A stretch of DNA of 64,000 nucleotides from contig AP026132.1 in NCBI GenBank assembly GCA_030295235.1, forward strand, positions 1,116,001 through 1,180,000, in the 5' to 3' direction. This stretch comes from Fistulifera solaris (lineage: Eukaryota). The notes below the pieces were generated by a model. The model had not been told where the DNA came from, searched no databases, and was given only the letters and a program-made list of their open reading frames with translations. Positions 49,178-60,540 of the stretch are shown in pieces. Positions within the stretch are counted from its first letter, which is position 1; each line of letters opens with the position of its first letter. A program made the position numbers and the translations under genes.

Positions 49178-50988
49178 TTACCTGTTTCGTTTCCGGGAGA
49201 CCACGGCCCTGATACTTGATTCCATCATCCCAATAACAGTGAATGTCCCTCCAACAATTGCCATGACAGATGTGATATAATCGTACCAACGTCGTGATTT
49301 CTTCCTGTATGAAACAGCAACTGGAGATAAGTCAAAGATAAACTTGGCTTCCGGTACTACGTTTTCATCATAGTATGCCAACTGACTGCTTTGAATGATC
49401 TGATAAGCAACCTGCTCTCTTTTTCCGAACTTGAGGCCATCAATGCTTGTAGGGATAACTTTAAGATAATGATGGTACGCTTCATGAAGGTTGTCGTTAA
49501 TGTAAACATTGCCACTCATAGGGTCTATCTTGTTCTTTACCTCATTCGGCACAAAAACTCTTCCGGTTTGAATCAGCCGATGCGCACCAGGATCACCCAT
49601 GGTAAGCAAGTGCACTTCATGCGATGCATTCGTCATATGCGGCACGATATCGTGGTGTGCCGAACGGGCTTGTATGTGGAAGTTGCCTGGTACACGGTCC
49701 AACATGAGATGACCCGACAACTGGCAACCAGGGTGATCTTCATCGACCCAGCTGTGATGCAGTCTCTTTTTTCGTCGTTTGACTCGATCGGCCCAAGCAC
49801 GCTCTTCATCGTCAAGGTCTTCTCCATCCTCAATACCCATACGTTTCTTCATTGCTAGAGCGGGAAACGCAGTGTAAGGTCGAAATTTCTACAGCTGCAC
49901 ATTGAAATAGTAGTCAATTTAGAACCTACCTTTTTCCGCCGACGCCAACTTCAATGGATCATCACTCTTCAACAATTCACCTTTGTGATAATCCTCAATT
50001 TCTCTCAAGTAATCCACCATTGAAACGACGGTTCGATCTTTCATGTAATCCCCAGCCTGCCATCGTTTTCCATCGACAAACAGGCGTAAAGTGGGGTACG
50101 CCCGAATGCCTTGTTGCATACAAAAGCGTTCGTGCAACACACAATCAATCTTGGCAATTACCACCGGCAGTTCGACCTTGGCAGCATGATCGTATTCTTC
50201 TTGAGTATATTTGTGTTGGTTCTCGTCGGCAATGTGTTCCGCCGCCATGGCCATGACTTCGGCCAGTGTTTCCCAGGTCGGAGCAAGATCCCGGCAATGT
50301 GAACACCTGCGATGTGATTGTGAGCAAGCCGACACAAAAGAACACTTAAACGAAAAAAGACACTTAGGTCTTGACTCACCAATTGGCGTAAAAATCGACA
50401 AAGACATATTCATTCTGTTCAATCGCCAACCGGAACGTTTCTTCATCCAAACTGATCGCATCAATCCCATTCTCGTGCAAATCTTCAATGGAATCTGTCA
50501 CGGACGAATCGTACAATTCAATATCATGCTGCGCCCGATTTCTCCCTTGAAAGCGTTGACGGACACCTTCCGCATCGACGTGCCACTTGTTGACGTGTGC
50601 CGTCACATTCTGTTCGGTTCCCAGTACACTGACCACATCAACGACCGCGTATTCGCATTTGAGATCCATCATCGTAATGTTGAAATTGACACGAATCTTG
50701 TCTTGATCCGATACATCCAAAGCGAGATCACTGACGATTCTGTAGACAGAGAGGGAATAAAAATTTACAATTAGCCAGCGCCGAAAAAAGCACTCGAATG
50801 AATACTGGCTCTCCGCGTCCTTACGTTTTCGAGAAATATGATTTCGTTTCGAGAAAAAACAGCATGAGCATGACAAATGCCGCAATGTAACTCAACGCTG
50901 ATCCTCGACGACTTCCTTCCATCAAATCCGTGGGGATCTTGCGATACATATCGAGCCGTCCGGCCCAGCGAAGTCGTGATATTGCCAT
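49178..50988 (-). CDS. PDI-C-type protein: ERGIC N-domain + thioredoxin + COPII ERV C-domain (3 introns)
   Basis: Exon 1, read manually, gives 'MAISRLRWAGRLDMYRKIPTDLMEGS'. Also 'RVNFNITM', 'FYANW|CSHC', 'GCQLSGHL..DRVPGNFHI', 'FDLSPVAV', 'AIVGGTFTV'. Confidence 0.9.
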
Positions 50989-51451
50989 TGCTGAGTTTGA
51001 TTTTGCCTAAAATTGCGGGCGGCGGTAGTAGCAAAATGTCGATAAGTAAATACACCGATTGCTGCGTATGTAATACTAATACTTTGACGTGCACTAGAGA
51101 CTCTCCAATGAAGCAAATAAAAATGCGAACGCGTCCGCGTGCGATGATGATCAAGGCGGCGAGAGGCGGTCATCACGCGCGGACGGGAAAGAACGTGGAA
51201 AAGCACACCCCCACATTTTCTGGATACGTGAAAAAACCACACATTTTCTGGAGATGAAAATACCACCCGCCCACATTTTCTATAGACGACCTCCTCGTGA
51301 AAAAGCACACGCCCCCAAACCATACGTGACCGTAAAAACGATGATAGTGTTGTGCGTTATGCCCGTTGCGTGCCATTGATCGTTTATAAACACTATTGAT
51401 CTCCTATTACTAACATCAATACGAATACATTCAACGACAATAGCAAGAGCA

Positions 51452-52651
51452 ATGACGACTCTGAATTTGCCGCCGCCCTCATTCTATCAGAACAAACTCA
51501 ATTACGCGTCCGAGTGGTCCGAGTATCAGAATCAATTGCAAGCACAACAATTGACTTCCCTTACTATTTTTGATCTTGCCTTTGGCAGTAACGAGATTCT
51601 CATTGGTTGTACTTCCACTGGAGAACTTTGCTTTTTTCGGTTGGCGCATATTGCAGTCGATGACGAGGAAGACAGTTCCGATGACGCTACCTATCCCGAT
51701 AATTCATTAAAAGATACAAAGACTTGCTTTTATCGATTCCAGCTTACGAAGGGGTCGCTTTATTCGCTGAAAATGCAGAGAGATACAGAACACACATGGC
51801 TCATTGTAGGAGGCGATGGAGGTGTGTGGCTCTTGGACTGGAATGACGTACAAGATGCACTCAACAATTCATCGACACTACCACCCAAGCATCACCATTT
51901 TCCTCTCCATCCGTCGCCACACGAAACGGCAATTGAAGTCAACGACACGTGTTTTCAGAATGGCTGCCTGTTTGGAGCCGCGGGTGATGATTTTGGTTGT
52001 TACAAATGGGATGTGGCAATCGGTAAATTGATTACCACGTACCCCTCCAAGTTCCTCCAGACCTTGACGCTCGTGCCCAATACGAATCTATTGCTTACAG
52101 GTGGTGAAGAAGGCGTACTGAATTTGTGGGATACCCAACAAGATCATCGCGTGGATCAACTGGAAATACCCGTCCCGTCCTCCAACGCATCCACAAATCC
52201 AATCGAGAAACGAGGTGCCCTGCCAATCAACTTTCAAACGCGCCTAACCTGTTCGATCGCTCGGGATGAAAACTGGTGGATTATCGGAGGAGAACGAAGT
52301 CATGCGCGAAATTTGCGACAACAGTCCGTGTCGGACAAGAGTGGCTTTCTTGCCACGTTTCACGGACCCACTCGATCCATTGTATCGCAGCTCGAACTAC
52401 GGGAAACGCCCCAAAAATTAGCTTTCGGTGACAACAACAAGAATATTCTCATTTCAGTGGCCAATGAAAGCTACGTGAGCCATTTTCAGAACCCATTGGC
52501 TCTAGAGAATCCGGAACGCGTGTGGTGTCACGCACCGAGTGTATTTGCAGCTGCTGTTTCCGAGCAAGGTATTCTGGCCGTTGCAGGAGTCGGGTCTACT
52601 ATTGATTTGTATAGAAATCAAACGGAACTAATTCAAACACTCCGGCTGTAA
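51452..52651 (+). CDS. THOC6: WD40-repeat protein, THO complex subunit 6-like
   Basis: WD repeats ('IEVND...LFGAAGD...YKWD', 'LTGGEEGVLNLWD', 'WWIIGG'). The THOC6 assignment is by resemblance only. Confidence 0.6.
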   Translation: MTTLNLPPPSFYQNKLNYASEWSEYQNQLQAQQLTSLTIFDLAFGSNEILIGCTSTGELCFFRLAHIAVDDEEDSSDDATYPDNSLKDTKTCFYRFQLTKGSLYSLKMQRDTEHTWLIVGGDGGVWLLDWNDVQDALNNSSTLPPKHHHFPLHPSPHETAIEVNDTCFQNGCLFGAAGDDFGCYKWDVAIGKLITTYPSKFLQTLTLVPNTNLLLTGGEEGVLNLWDTQQDHRVDQLEIPVPSSNASTNPIEKRGALPINFQTRLTCSIARDENWWIIGGERSHARNLRQQSVSDKSGFLATFHGPTRSIVSQLELRETPQKLAFGDNNKNILISVANESYVSHFQNPLALENPERVWCHAPSVFAAAVSEQGILAVAGVGSTIDLYRNQTELIQTLRL

Positions 52652-52752
52652 ATGAAACGTTTCAAATATGAGTGTCAAAGTAATGGCGTCCTTCTACAAA
52701 TCGGAATAGCAACTCTCACGAATAAAGCTCAATCTTATCTTCATTCTAGTAA

Positions 52753-53785
52753 TTACTCACTACCAGAATTAGAAAACGCACTGCTTGCGCTCATGTCGCG
52801 GAGCGCAATGGCTGTTTTGCGGACGGTGTGGTTACCGCCATAACCAAACAATTCGTTCGCGAATCGGGAATCGTCCACGACACCTTCCGCGTTTCGAGAA
52901 TTTGACCTTGACCAAAGCCGCATAAGCGGACATGGTCAAGAGCGAGTCACTCCCGGCTTGATGTTCTGCTCCCAATCGCTGGCAACCCAGATCGTCAGCC
53001 AACTTTTGCAATCCTCCCATGAACTGATGACCATCTAGCAAACTGGTCATGTATTTGATGTCGTAAATTGTGGGAAAGTATGTTTTAAGAAGGCTGAAAA
53101 ATTCTTTCTCTTCCATCGGTAGTTCCATGGTGGTCAGAATCTTGAGCAAGTAGCCGTAGTCGTAAGCCGAATGAAACGAAACCCATTTCACTTTGTCGTT
53201 CAAGACCAAACCCGATACCATCAATAGTTCACCGAACAACAAAGGGTCGATTCCGCGTCTCGCGTGATCATCGAATGAAATTCCCGATTTAATCAACAAA
53301 TCAATCGAATCTTGCGCAAACATATCCTCATTTAGATTGAATTGAAAGTTGAACTGCCAACACGGACATCCCGGAGCAAAGTTTCCGTTTTCATCTGCGA
53401 AGCTCAGACCGAGTTGAATTATTTTCAGGAGATCGATATTGACTTTGAGTGACTTGTAATGATAATCCGGAGAAAACGTTTCAGTGACCGGCTTGGCAAC
53501 AACTCCAGGAAATTCCGTATCCATGGCAACGTAATTGTATTTCTCAATAATTTCTCGAATGACTGCCATTTCTTCTTCGACATTCTCCGCCCACACATTC
53601 CGAATTTCCAAAATTTCTCCCTTGTATTCAAAGGAATAACTGGAGATGGCATTCGAATTCTTGCCGCGTTCCGCAGGATACGGTGAACTGGATCGCGACG
53701 ACGGCGTTGGCTGTCGATGATACTGCGGATTGAATGGCGGCGACGCGGCCGCCAGTTTCGTGGCAAAGGGGCCGACCGTAGCCAT
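52753..53785 (-). CDS. CAF1: CCR4-associated factor 1 deadenylase (CNOT7/8; frameshift near 52890)
   Basis: Motifs 'YVAMDTEFPG', 'KIIQLGL', 'SFHSAYDYGYL', 'HQAGSDSLLT'. The C-terminus 'NELFGYG...' is in a shifted frame, with stop at 52753. Confidence 0.95.
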
Positions 53786-54544
53786 TCAGCTTTGTTGTAT
53801 TTCTTTTGAGTTAATACAGCAAAAAAGAATCAACGAGGGCCACTGTCGCTTTGCAATACTAAGTTCTGCCGCTTTCGCGTCATGCTAATGGCGCAGCAGC
53901 AAGCTTTTCGGGGAATTCACTGATCGCCTAATAGTTTTGACGCACGTCGAACAAAGTCCCAGAGGATTTTCGGAGTGACAGGTTTTCAGTCATGCGTCGA
54001 CGTGACTCGCTCTATGCACCGAGACCATTATTTTCAACTGTCAATAATCCCGGTCCATTTGCTGGAACAGTAAAACCTGGGAAAGTATTTAAATTCAAAC
54101 ACTTCCATAGTCACGACCTGTGATGAGGGATATAATTGCATATCAGGTAATCATGGTTCAAGCGAACGCTGAAGAATCATCGCAAAGATCGGACGTCGTG
54201 AGCATGAATAAAATTCCCCGTCGACCAGCCAGCATAAGAAAAGAAATGAATTAAAACGAAATAGCGAAATCGCGTGCAGACATAGACCCCTACATCAACT
54301 CTTTCAGTAGACGCAGCAACAAGTCTTTCTCAAATATCTAATTTCCGGTAACAGAATCCCTACCATCGTCTCAACAGGAACCAGTGTGCCACGAAGCGGT
54401 AAGTTTTCTGAGCTAAAACTTGCACTATCATAAACTGCCCTATACTTTTAATAAATTCAATAACAGACAAGCGGTTCGCGCATAACTCAGACAGCTCCCA
54501 CTCAAAACGTGGCAACCGCTCTAATGCCTAGACCATACACCCCC

Positions 54545-54913
54545 TCATTCTCCGCGTGCTTTGCGACTCAGCGTCTCGAACACTTCATCAATGGGAAACG
54601 CATCGTAGACAACACCATAGGTAAAACCTCCTGTAAGTAAACCGGCTGTGAGACCCATAAATCGACCTCGTCGCAATGTCATAATTCCAGCCGCAACAAC
54701 ACTAGATCCGCCCACAATATACGGAGCGTACATATGACGATGCTGATAAAGTCGTTCCAGGGAATGTGTCATATCGGATCCCTGATGAAGTGCTTTCGAT
54801 ATGGGCTGCGATATGGCGTTCATTTGTTTTTCTGTAGTGGCGAGCACACGATTGGTTTGTTCTACCACCAACCGGCTGAAACGTTTCAACGGAGGTGCTT
54901 CGTCGTCCGCCAT
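54545..54913 (-). CDS. Small two-TM membrane protein, possibly MIC26/27-like
   Basis: 122 aa; two Gly-rich hydrophobic segments flank 'RRGR'. The family call is weak. Confidence 0.55.
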   Translation of the reverse strand: MADDEAPPLKRFSRLVVEQTNRVLATTEKQMNAISQPISKALHQGSDMTHSLERLYQHRHMYAPYIVGGSSVVAAGIMTLRRGRFMGLTAGLLTGGFTYGVVYDAFPIDEVFETLSRKARGE

Positions 54914-55085
54914 GTTACGATTGACTGACAGCGATTAAAAACCGGGGGTCGTGCGTTTGTGTTACGGTTGCTTATAGCAGTCGCAACAAGGGCAAGCTGG
55001 CCAAATGAATGAAATGAAAGCAGCGTCGTTCGCATGCGATGATGCGAATGCTTGCGCGCAAAAGCGAATTTGTTATGCAGATTTT

Positions 55086-55147
55086 GTCTACGTGCATTTC
55101 ACGTAGGCCCCAGTAGGGAAATTTATCGACAGAGGGGAACCCGGATT
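55086..55147 (+). repeat. Solo core of repeat family B (a more degenerate copy lies at ~55614-55655)
   Basis: 'gtctacgtgcatttcacgtag...gtagggaaatttatcgacagaggggaacccggatt' matches the core in 57038-57535. Confidence 0.85.
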
Positions 55148-55198
55148 TTGTATAATTCGACACCATCCGCATTACGGTACCGGTATTTTTATTAAGCA

Positions 55199-55367
55199 CT
55201 AGCCGCCTTCGGCGTCTAGCCCCTGCAGGGCTTTTTTTCGTTCTCGCCCTTCCCGCAAGCGGGGGGCTCGATCCCCGGGGATAGCGTCACACCCGTGATT
55301 CGGACACCCGGGACCAGCGCTACGTTACGTGACACACACACGGACACAGCGCGCTATTATAAATAGA
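55199..55367 (-). mobile_element. Non-autonomous Helitron-like element (169 bp)
   Basis: Minus strand reads A|TCTATTTATAATA...(GT)n...GCCCTGCAGGGGC...CGCCGAAGGCG-G-CTAG|T. That gives 5' TC, 3' CTAG, subterminal GC hairpins, an A/T target and no TSD. GC-rich relative to its flanks. Confidence 0.7.
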
Positions 55368-55376
55368 TTAGGAAAG

Positions 55377-55445
55377 GACGTTAAAATTCTGCCTCTCACT
55401 ACAAGTTTCTACGTAAAGCCTACGGAGAGGCAGAATTTTAACGTC
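55377..55445. repeat. Perfect 21-bp inverted repeat with 27-nt spacer (hairpin or tiny MITE-like remnant)
   Basis: gacgttaaaattctgcctctc (55377-55397) pairs with gagaggcagaattttaacgtc (55425-55445). Confidence 0.85.
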
Positions 55446-55780
55446 GTTTCTAGGGTCTAGTACAAATGGACAATGTTCCAAGTATGCTTGGCAATGTAAT
55501 TAAACCGTGAAGCAACATCAATCCGTAGCAGTCACTGTACTCAAGACGTGAACAATTAAGGAGTAATTCTAAGTCGAAACGGTAAAAAGAGTGAAGATAC
55601 AACGCTTTTGATGGTTACGTCGAATTCACGTAGGCTCCGTAGGAATTTTATCGATGTTGGTAGCATCCGCAAATCAACGAGTTCGACCTTTTACCCGGTA
55701 AATTGAATGGATTTCTAGACGCAGTCAAAATAGCTTGTTGTATAGTCCTTTTGTGAATTTCAAAACTGAATAGATACTTC

Positions 55781-56899
55781 CTATTGCGACGAAGTTGAAT
55801 TCGAGTCGTCGTCTCGATTTAATCCCGACTTTTTCAATTTCATTTGGATGTCTTTCTCTTTCTGCTTCAACAACTGTAAGCCAAGTTTGAGACGTTCAAA
55901 CAAGTTAGCCGAATCGAGTGCCTGTATTCGATACAGGGCATCTGCCTCCGCGTAGACTTCCGTACAAAAAGCGGCCCAGCTTATTGCTGTCAGTTCCTGT
56001 GGGGACCGATCTACTAGAGAAGATTGTTGAGCTATCACTTGGTACCCCTGTGTATCTGTATTCAAGGCTGTTGTGTACGCTTGATGAAATCGTTTCCGTC
56101 GATCAATGATCATTGCCGAGCTCTCATCGTCGTCATCTCGTTCGTCATCCTCATCATCTTCGTCCGCATAAAATGTATCCTCCTGATCGTTATTTTTAGT
56201 GTTAGCCAACAATACTCAGTGCGTGCAACTAAACTCCGATTTGTTGTCACCTACCAACTTTGCCAATTCGATTCTCCGTTGCATTTCTTTGTTCTCCTCA
56301 TCGTCGTCATCGACCGTCGCTTTGGCCTCCTTCAATTTGTGCTCCATGCTGCTGAGAAGCAAGACTAGGTTCTCAATTTGACTCGCAACTAAGTTCGGTA
56401 ATTCCAGATTTGGTGGCAATTGATCAATGACTTCCAGACAAGCCGCCTTCAAATACGGCTCTTGTTGTTGAAATCCCAAGACTTGTGCCCTTCCGACCAC
56501 ACGAATGGTGCAAAATATCCCAAATCCCTCCATACGGTTGTATGCTTCAATTTCACACAATGGAACAGTTTGAATCATTCCCGAGTCGGCCAACAATCCC
56601 ATCGCAACGAGTCCTCCGTGATTATCCATAACATCTTGAAATAATTTGAGAAAGCGCTCTTCATACAATCGCAATTGTTTCGTCTCTCCTTGTAACAAAA
56701 CTTCGGGAAACGCAAACGGCAAAATGCAAATTTGTTTTGGTGGTACAACCGAGTCCGAACGTTGTCCGGGGAGATCAAAATCAATATCACGCCATTCGTG
56801 AATGTCCGACAAGGCGGTGGTATGGCGGTGCTTCGGCAGCAGCACAAACGAATGGCATTGTTGCAGGATAAGCGCCAAAAATACAAGACACTGCCGCAT
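55781..56899 (-). CDS. LON peptidase substrate-binding (N-domain) protein, probably plastid-targeted (1 intron)
   Basis: Signal peptide 'MRQCLVFLALILQQCHSF'; 'VLLQGETKQLRLYEERF', 'VVGRAQV', 'QEPYLKA'. The second exon lies in ORF 55781..56212. Confidence 0.75.
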
Positions 56900-57037
56900 G
56901 TCGACTCCTCGTAATCTCTCCTTGCTCGCAGCTAAGGATGAAATATACATTGTCATTTTGATGATAAGATGGAAAACAACACTCAACAATGATGATGTGT
57001 CGTCGCGTTGAAACAGAACGAAAGCATTCGCATCGGG

Positions 57038-57535
57038 TTCGAAAGTCTACACGTGTTTCACGTAGCTCTCGTATGGAAATTTATCGACAGAGGGGACACC
57101 CGGATATTGTTCATTTTCAACCCGTCAATTTATTGGGTCAAAAACGCTCAAACGTCAACATTACCGGGTCCAACAGCGTGGTTACATATTGCAGAACAAT
57201 GAACGTGATCGGTTTGAAAGCAAAAAAGTAGAGGACAAGAGTAATGCAACGCTTCGAAAGTCTACAAGTGTTTCACGTAGCTCTCGTAGGGAAATGTATC
57301 GACAGAGGGGACACCCGGATATTGTTCATTTTCAACCCGTCAATTTATTGGGTCAAAAACGCTCAAACGTCAACATTACCTGGTCCAACAGCGTGGTTAC
57401 ATATCGCAGAATAATAAATGTGATCGGTTTGAAAGCAAAAAAGTAGAGGACAAGAGTAATGCAACGCTTCGAAAGTCTACACGTGTTTCACGTAGCTCTC
57501 GTGGGGAAATTTATCGACAGAGGGAATCCCGGATT
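57038..57535 (+). repeat. Dispersed repeat family B: core-body-core-body-core, period 215 bp
   Basis: 'gaaagtctac' at 57041, 57256 and 57471; the two bodies are near-identical. Confidence 0.93.
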
Positions 57536-57722
57536 TCAAGAGCAGAGAAGTCACAGCGACGGACAGACAATGACTGCGGTCATTCTTGTCATATTTGCGA
57601 CGAAAAAGTTTTTTTTTCCAACTCTTTCAATTGCAAAGCAACGTCCTCGCTTCTTCCATTTTCATATCATATACTTACTTTCTGCACATCTTTTTCTGCT
57701 TTTCTACTTGTTACTCGGTGGA

Positions 57723-60373
57723 ATGATAGAAGGCACCGCAAGAGCAAGGCGCACGCGCTCTTTGGGGCTCCCGTTGTCGATAATCGTTTTTGTCGGCGGT
57801 ATCTTGCTCGGCATGTACCTTTTGACAACAGTATCTCTCATTCAAGTCACTTCTAATAGCTTCACAGACACCATACCAATCAATCATTTCATTGAGGAAT
57901 CGAAAGGCGTTCGGAAAGTTACCGAAGAGCCTTTACGACGACCCGAAAGGGGCGCCAGTAGTCACAGACCGCCCACGACAACATCAATAATAGCGGATTC
58001 TGCAACAATGAAGCAAACCATACAGCCACCGATGAATACTTCGATTACAATACACTCCGAAAAATCAAATGTTAAAGACAGTTGCCCCATCATTGACGAG
58101 AAATACAAGCAAATTCCTCTGTCGCCATTATTCCCATTTGATAAATTAAAAGCTGAAGCCATTTTACAGCAACAGGGCGCCGCCGCACTATGGCGACCAA
58201 TAACAGCCTACATTGAACCTCCTCTCGGCGATACAGTCCCCGGTACGGGAAATCGTGGGGATTTAGAGCCGAAATCGAAAGATAAAGGGACACCGCCCGA
58301 TTTTGTCATTCCTCTGCCTCTTCGACGCCACACACCTGCCGATTTACAAATGTACACATACCCGGCGGTACGAACGTGTCACGACTTGCCGGGGAAATTC
58401 CCAGTCGATCGAGGTCTCGAATACGACGAAATGGGGAATCTTATTGTATGGAATGTGGGAAACGATCCCATGCCGGACGATTTCCCCCAACAGGAGGCAC
58501 CCTTTTGTCCTGTAGAAGCCGATCCGTTCTTGCCTTGGATTCACGACTACTTCCCCTCACAAGACGGGACAAGAATTGAGTTCATTGCGCAAAATAAGCG
58601 TCGGTGTCGGACCGGAAAGAACTTTGATGCTGAAGTCAATCGATTGGTACCACAAATAACATTGATGCAGCCCATCTCCGTGCAGCGACTGAGCGACCAG
58701 AAAGCGCAAGAAAAAGCACCTGAATTATGGAATCCAGGAGATGATAGTCAGAACACTCCGCGTTATCGTCTTGCTCCACACGAAGAGTCGGATCCCGATG
58801 GACAATATTCACGATTCATTTGTCGTTTCCATGCCACGGATTGGAACAATCCTTCACAAACAAAGATAATAGGGGAGACCCTCAGTGCGTACCCATTCAA
58901 CTATGAGTTTGCCGCGTACCGTAAAGGAAGCACCGATGTCATACTGCTTACACCCGGCGGGAAAGATACGACCCTCTTCTGGACGAGTAACTTCCGTTTT
59001 CACTGTCCTGTCCCTGTCGAATTGCAACCCGCGGTTGCCAAGGGTTTGACCGTGCTGAGTGATGGCTCGCCTTCCTTGTACGTGGATGTAGTTCCTATTC
59101 GTACAAGTGTTCGTTACAATGAGATTTATATGACCGAGAACTTGATCGGGCCGCGTGATCAATGGGAACTACCCGGCTTTGATCCCTACACACGATGGGG
59201 AGAAAAGAATGTTTTACCTCGAGTGGAAGCCAGTGGACGATGGGCCAATCTTCCCATCTGCTCTCCTCCTGTTTTGACCGACGAGTGTACCGAAAAAGAC
59301 AACAAGAATAAAAGATCCATGGAAGTTTTAGTGCCGCAAGTTGAAAAGATGCCTGAGAAGCCCCATGTCTTGTCGGCATGTCTTTGGGCCTCAGCCGAAT
59401 TCAAAACACGCGGGAAATCTAAAGGAGCGTCGACAGATACACAGGATCGACTGCAAGAATGGATCGAATTTCATTTGATGGTCGGGTTCGACCACATCTA
59501 TGTCTTTGATAACAGTGGAGCCCACACGAACGAAACAAGCCTTGCGCCAGTGCTTGAGCCGTATGGCAATAAGGTGTCACGCATTGACTGGCCAAGTATT
59601 GTTTGCAACAATAACGTGCCCGCCCATGATTCCTGCGGTGAAAGGTCAAGTCAATATGCTGCTGAAAATGCCTGTCGGACTCGCTACGCACCGTTCACCA
59701 AATGGATAGCATCCTTCGACACCGATGAGTATCTAGTGCCCATGGGAAACTATACCAGCTTGAAAGATGTTTTAAAAGACGCCGAAACCATGGGTACAAA
59801 TATTCTTTCGTTCAGATCATCTCGAGGTCGATTGCGAACGGACAAAAGTGAAGAGGTGAACAACGATGCACGTGAGAAGATGCCGAATGCTACATTTCTT
59901 GAAGCCTACAACTGTGACAGTGCTGGGTCACCGAAACCATCATGGGGCGATCGCGCAAGGAAACAAGTCTACAGATCCGACTACGTACCGTATCACTTTG
60001 TGCATTACTCGACGGTCACAAAGGGCTTTTAGAAACGTATGAGGACGTTCAGGAAAAAGGAATCAGCAACTGGAGACGCAAATACAGCGAGCGATCTCCA
60101 TCCGAAAGAGTCACAGATGAAATAGACGAGGCCGTCATGGTGCACACTAAAACATTAGGAGCGGATATGACAGGAGGTTACAAGCAACGGTGTCGCCACG
60201 ATCATCAGAAGAAATGGCAAGCTTGCTGGGTAGCTTATCCGTATCCAGATGACGCGAATGCAAAGGCCTATGATGAACAAGGGATGGAGTTCAACTGTCA
60301 AATCAACAAAAGAGTCGATCAGTTCTGGGTTCCGCGCTTGCGAGAGGCTATGGCAAAACGGAAGCAAGGTTAG
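57723..60373 (+). CDS. Glycosyltransferase family 92 (DUF23)-like type II membrane protein (frameshift near 60026)
   Basis: N-terminal TM helix; 'EWIEFHLMVGFDHIYVFDN', DxD in 'WIASFDTDEYL', 'HFVHY'. The C-terminus continues in ORF 59942..60373. Confidence 0.8.
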
Positions 60374-60540
60374 GAGTTACGTTTTGGTGGCTATTCGTTT
60401 CGGTAGCTCCTTGACTTGACTGAACGATCCTTCGCGTCACCCTCACGCTCAGCGATAAGAAAACCTATTCAGACAAAGCGTTGTATCATAAGTTTGTACT
60501 ATAGCTAATCAAACATGTATTATACTCCGTAATTAACGCT

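Noticed and set aside
55200..55330. GC-rich structured stretch as a tRNA or other ncRNA
   Set aside because: No cloverleaf or convincing A/B boxes could be fitted; the termini fit a Helitron better.
57459..57722. N-terminal extension of the 857-aa ORF (similarly 47190-47429 and 40028-40159)
   Set aside because: The extensions start in repeat or UTR-like DNA; downstream ATGs give sensible TM, signal or N-terminal sequences.
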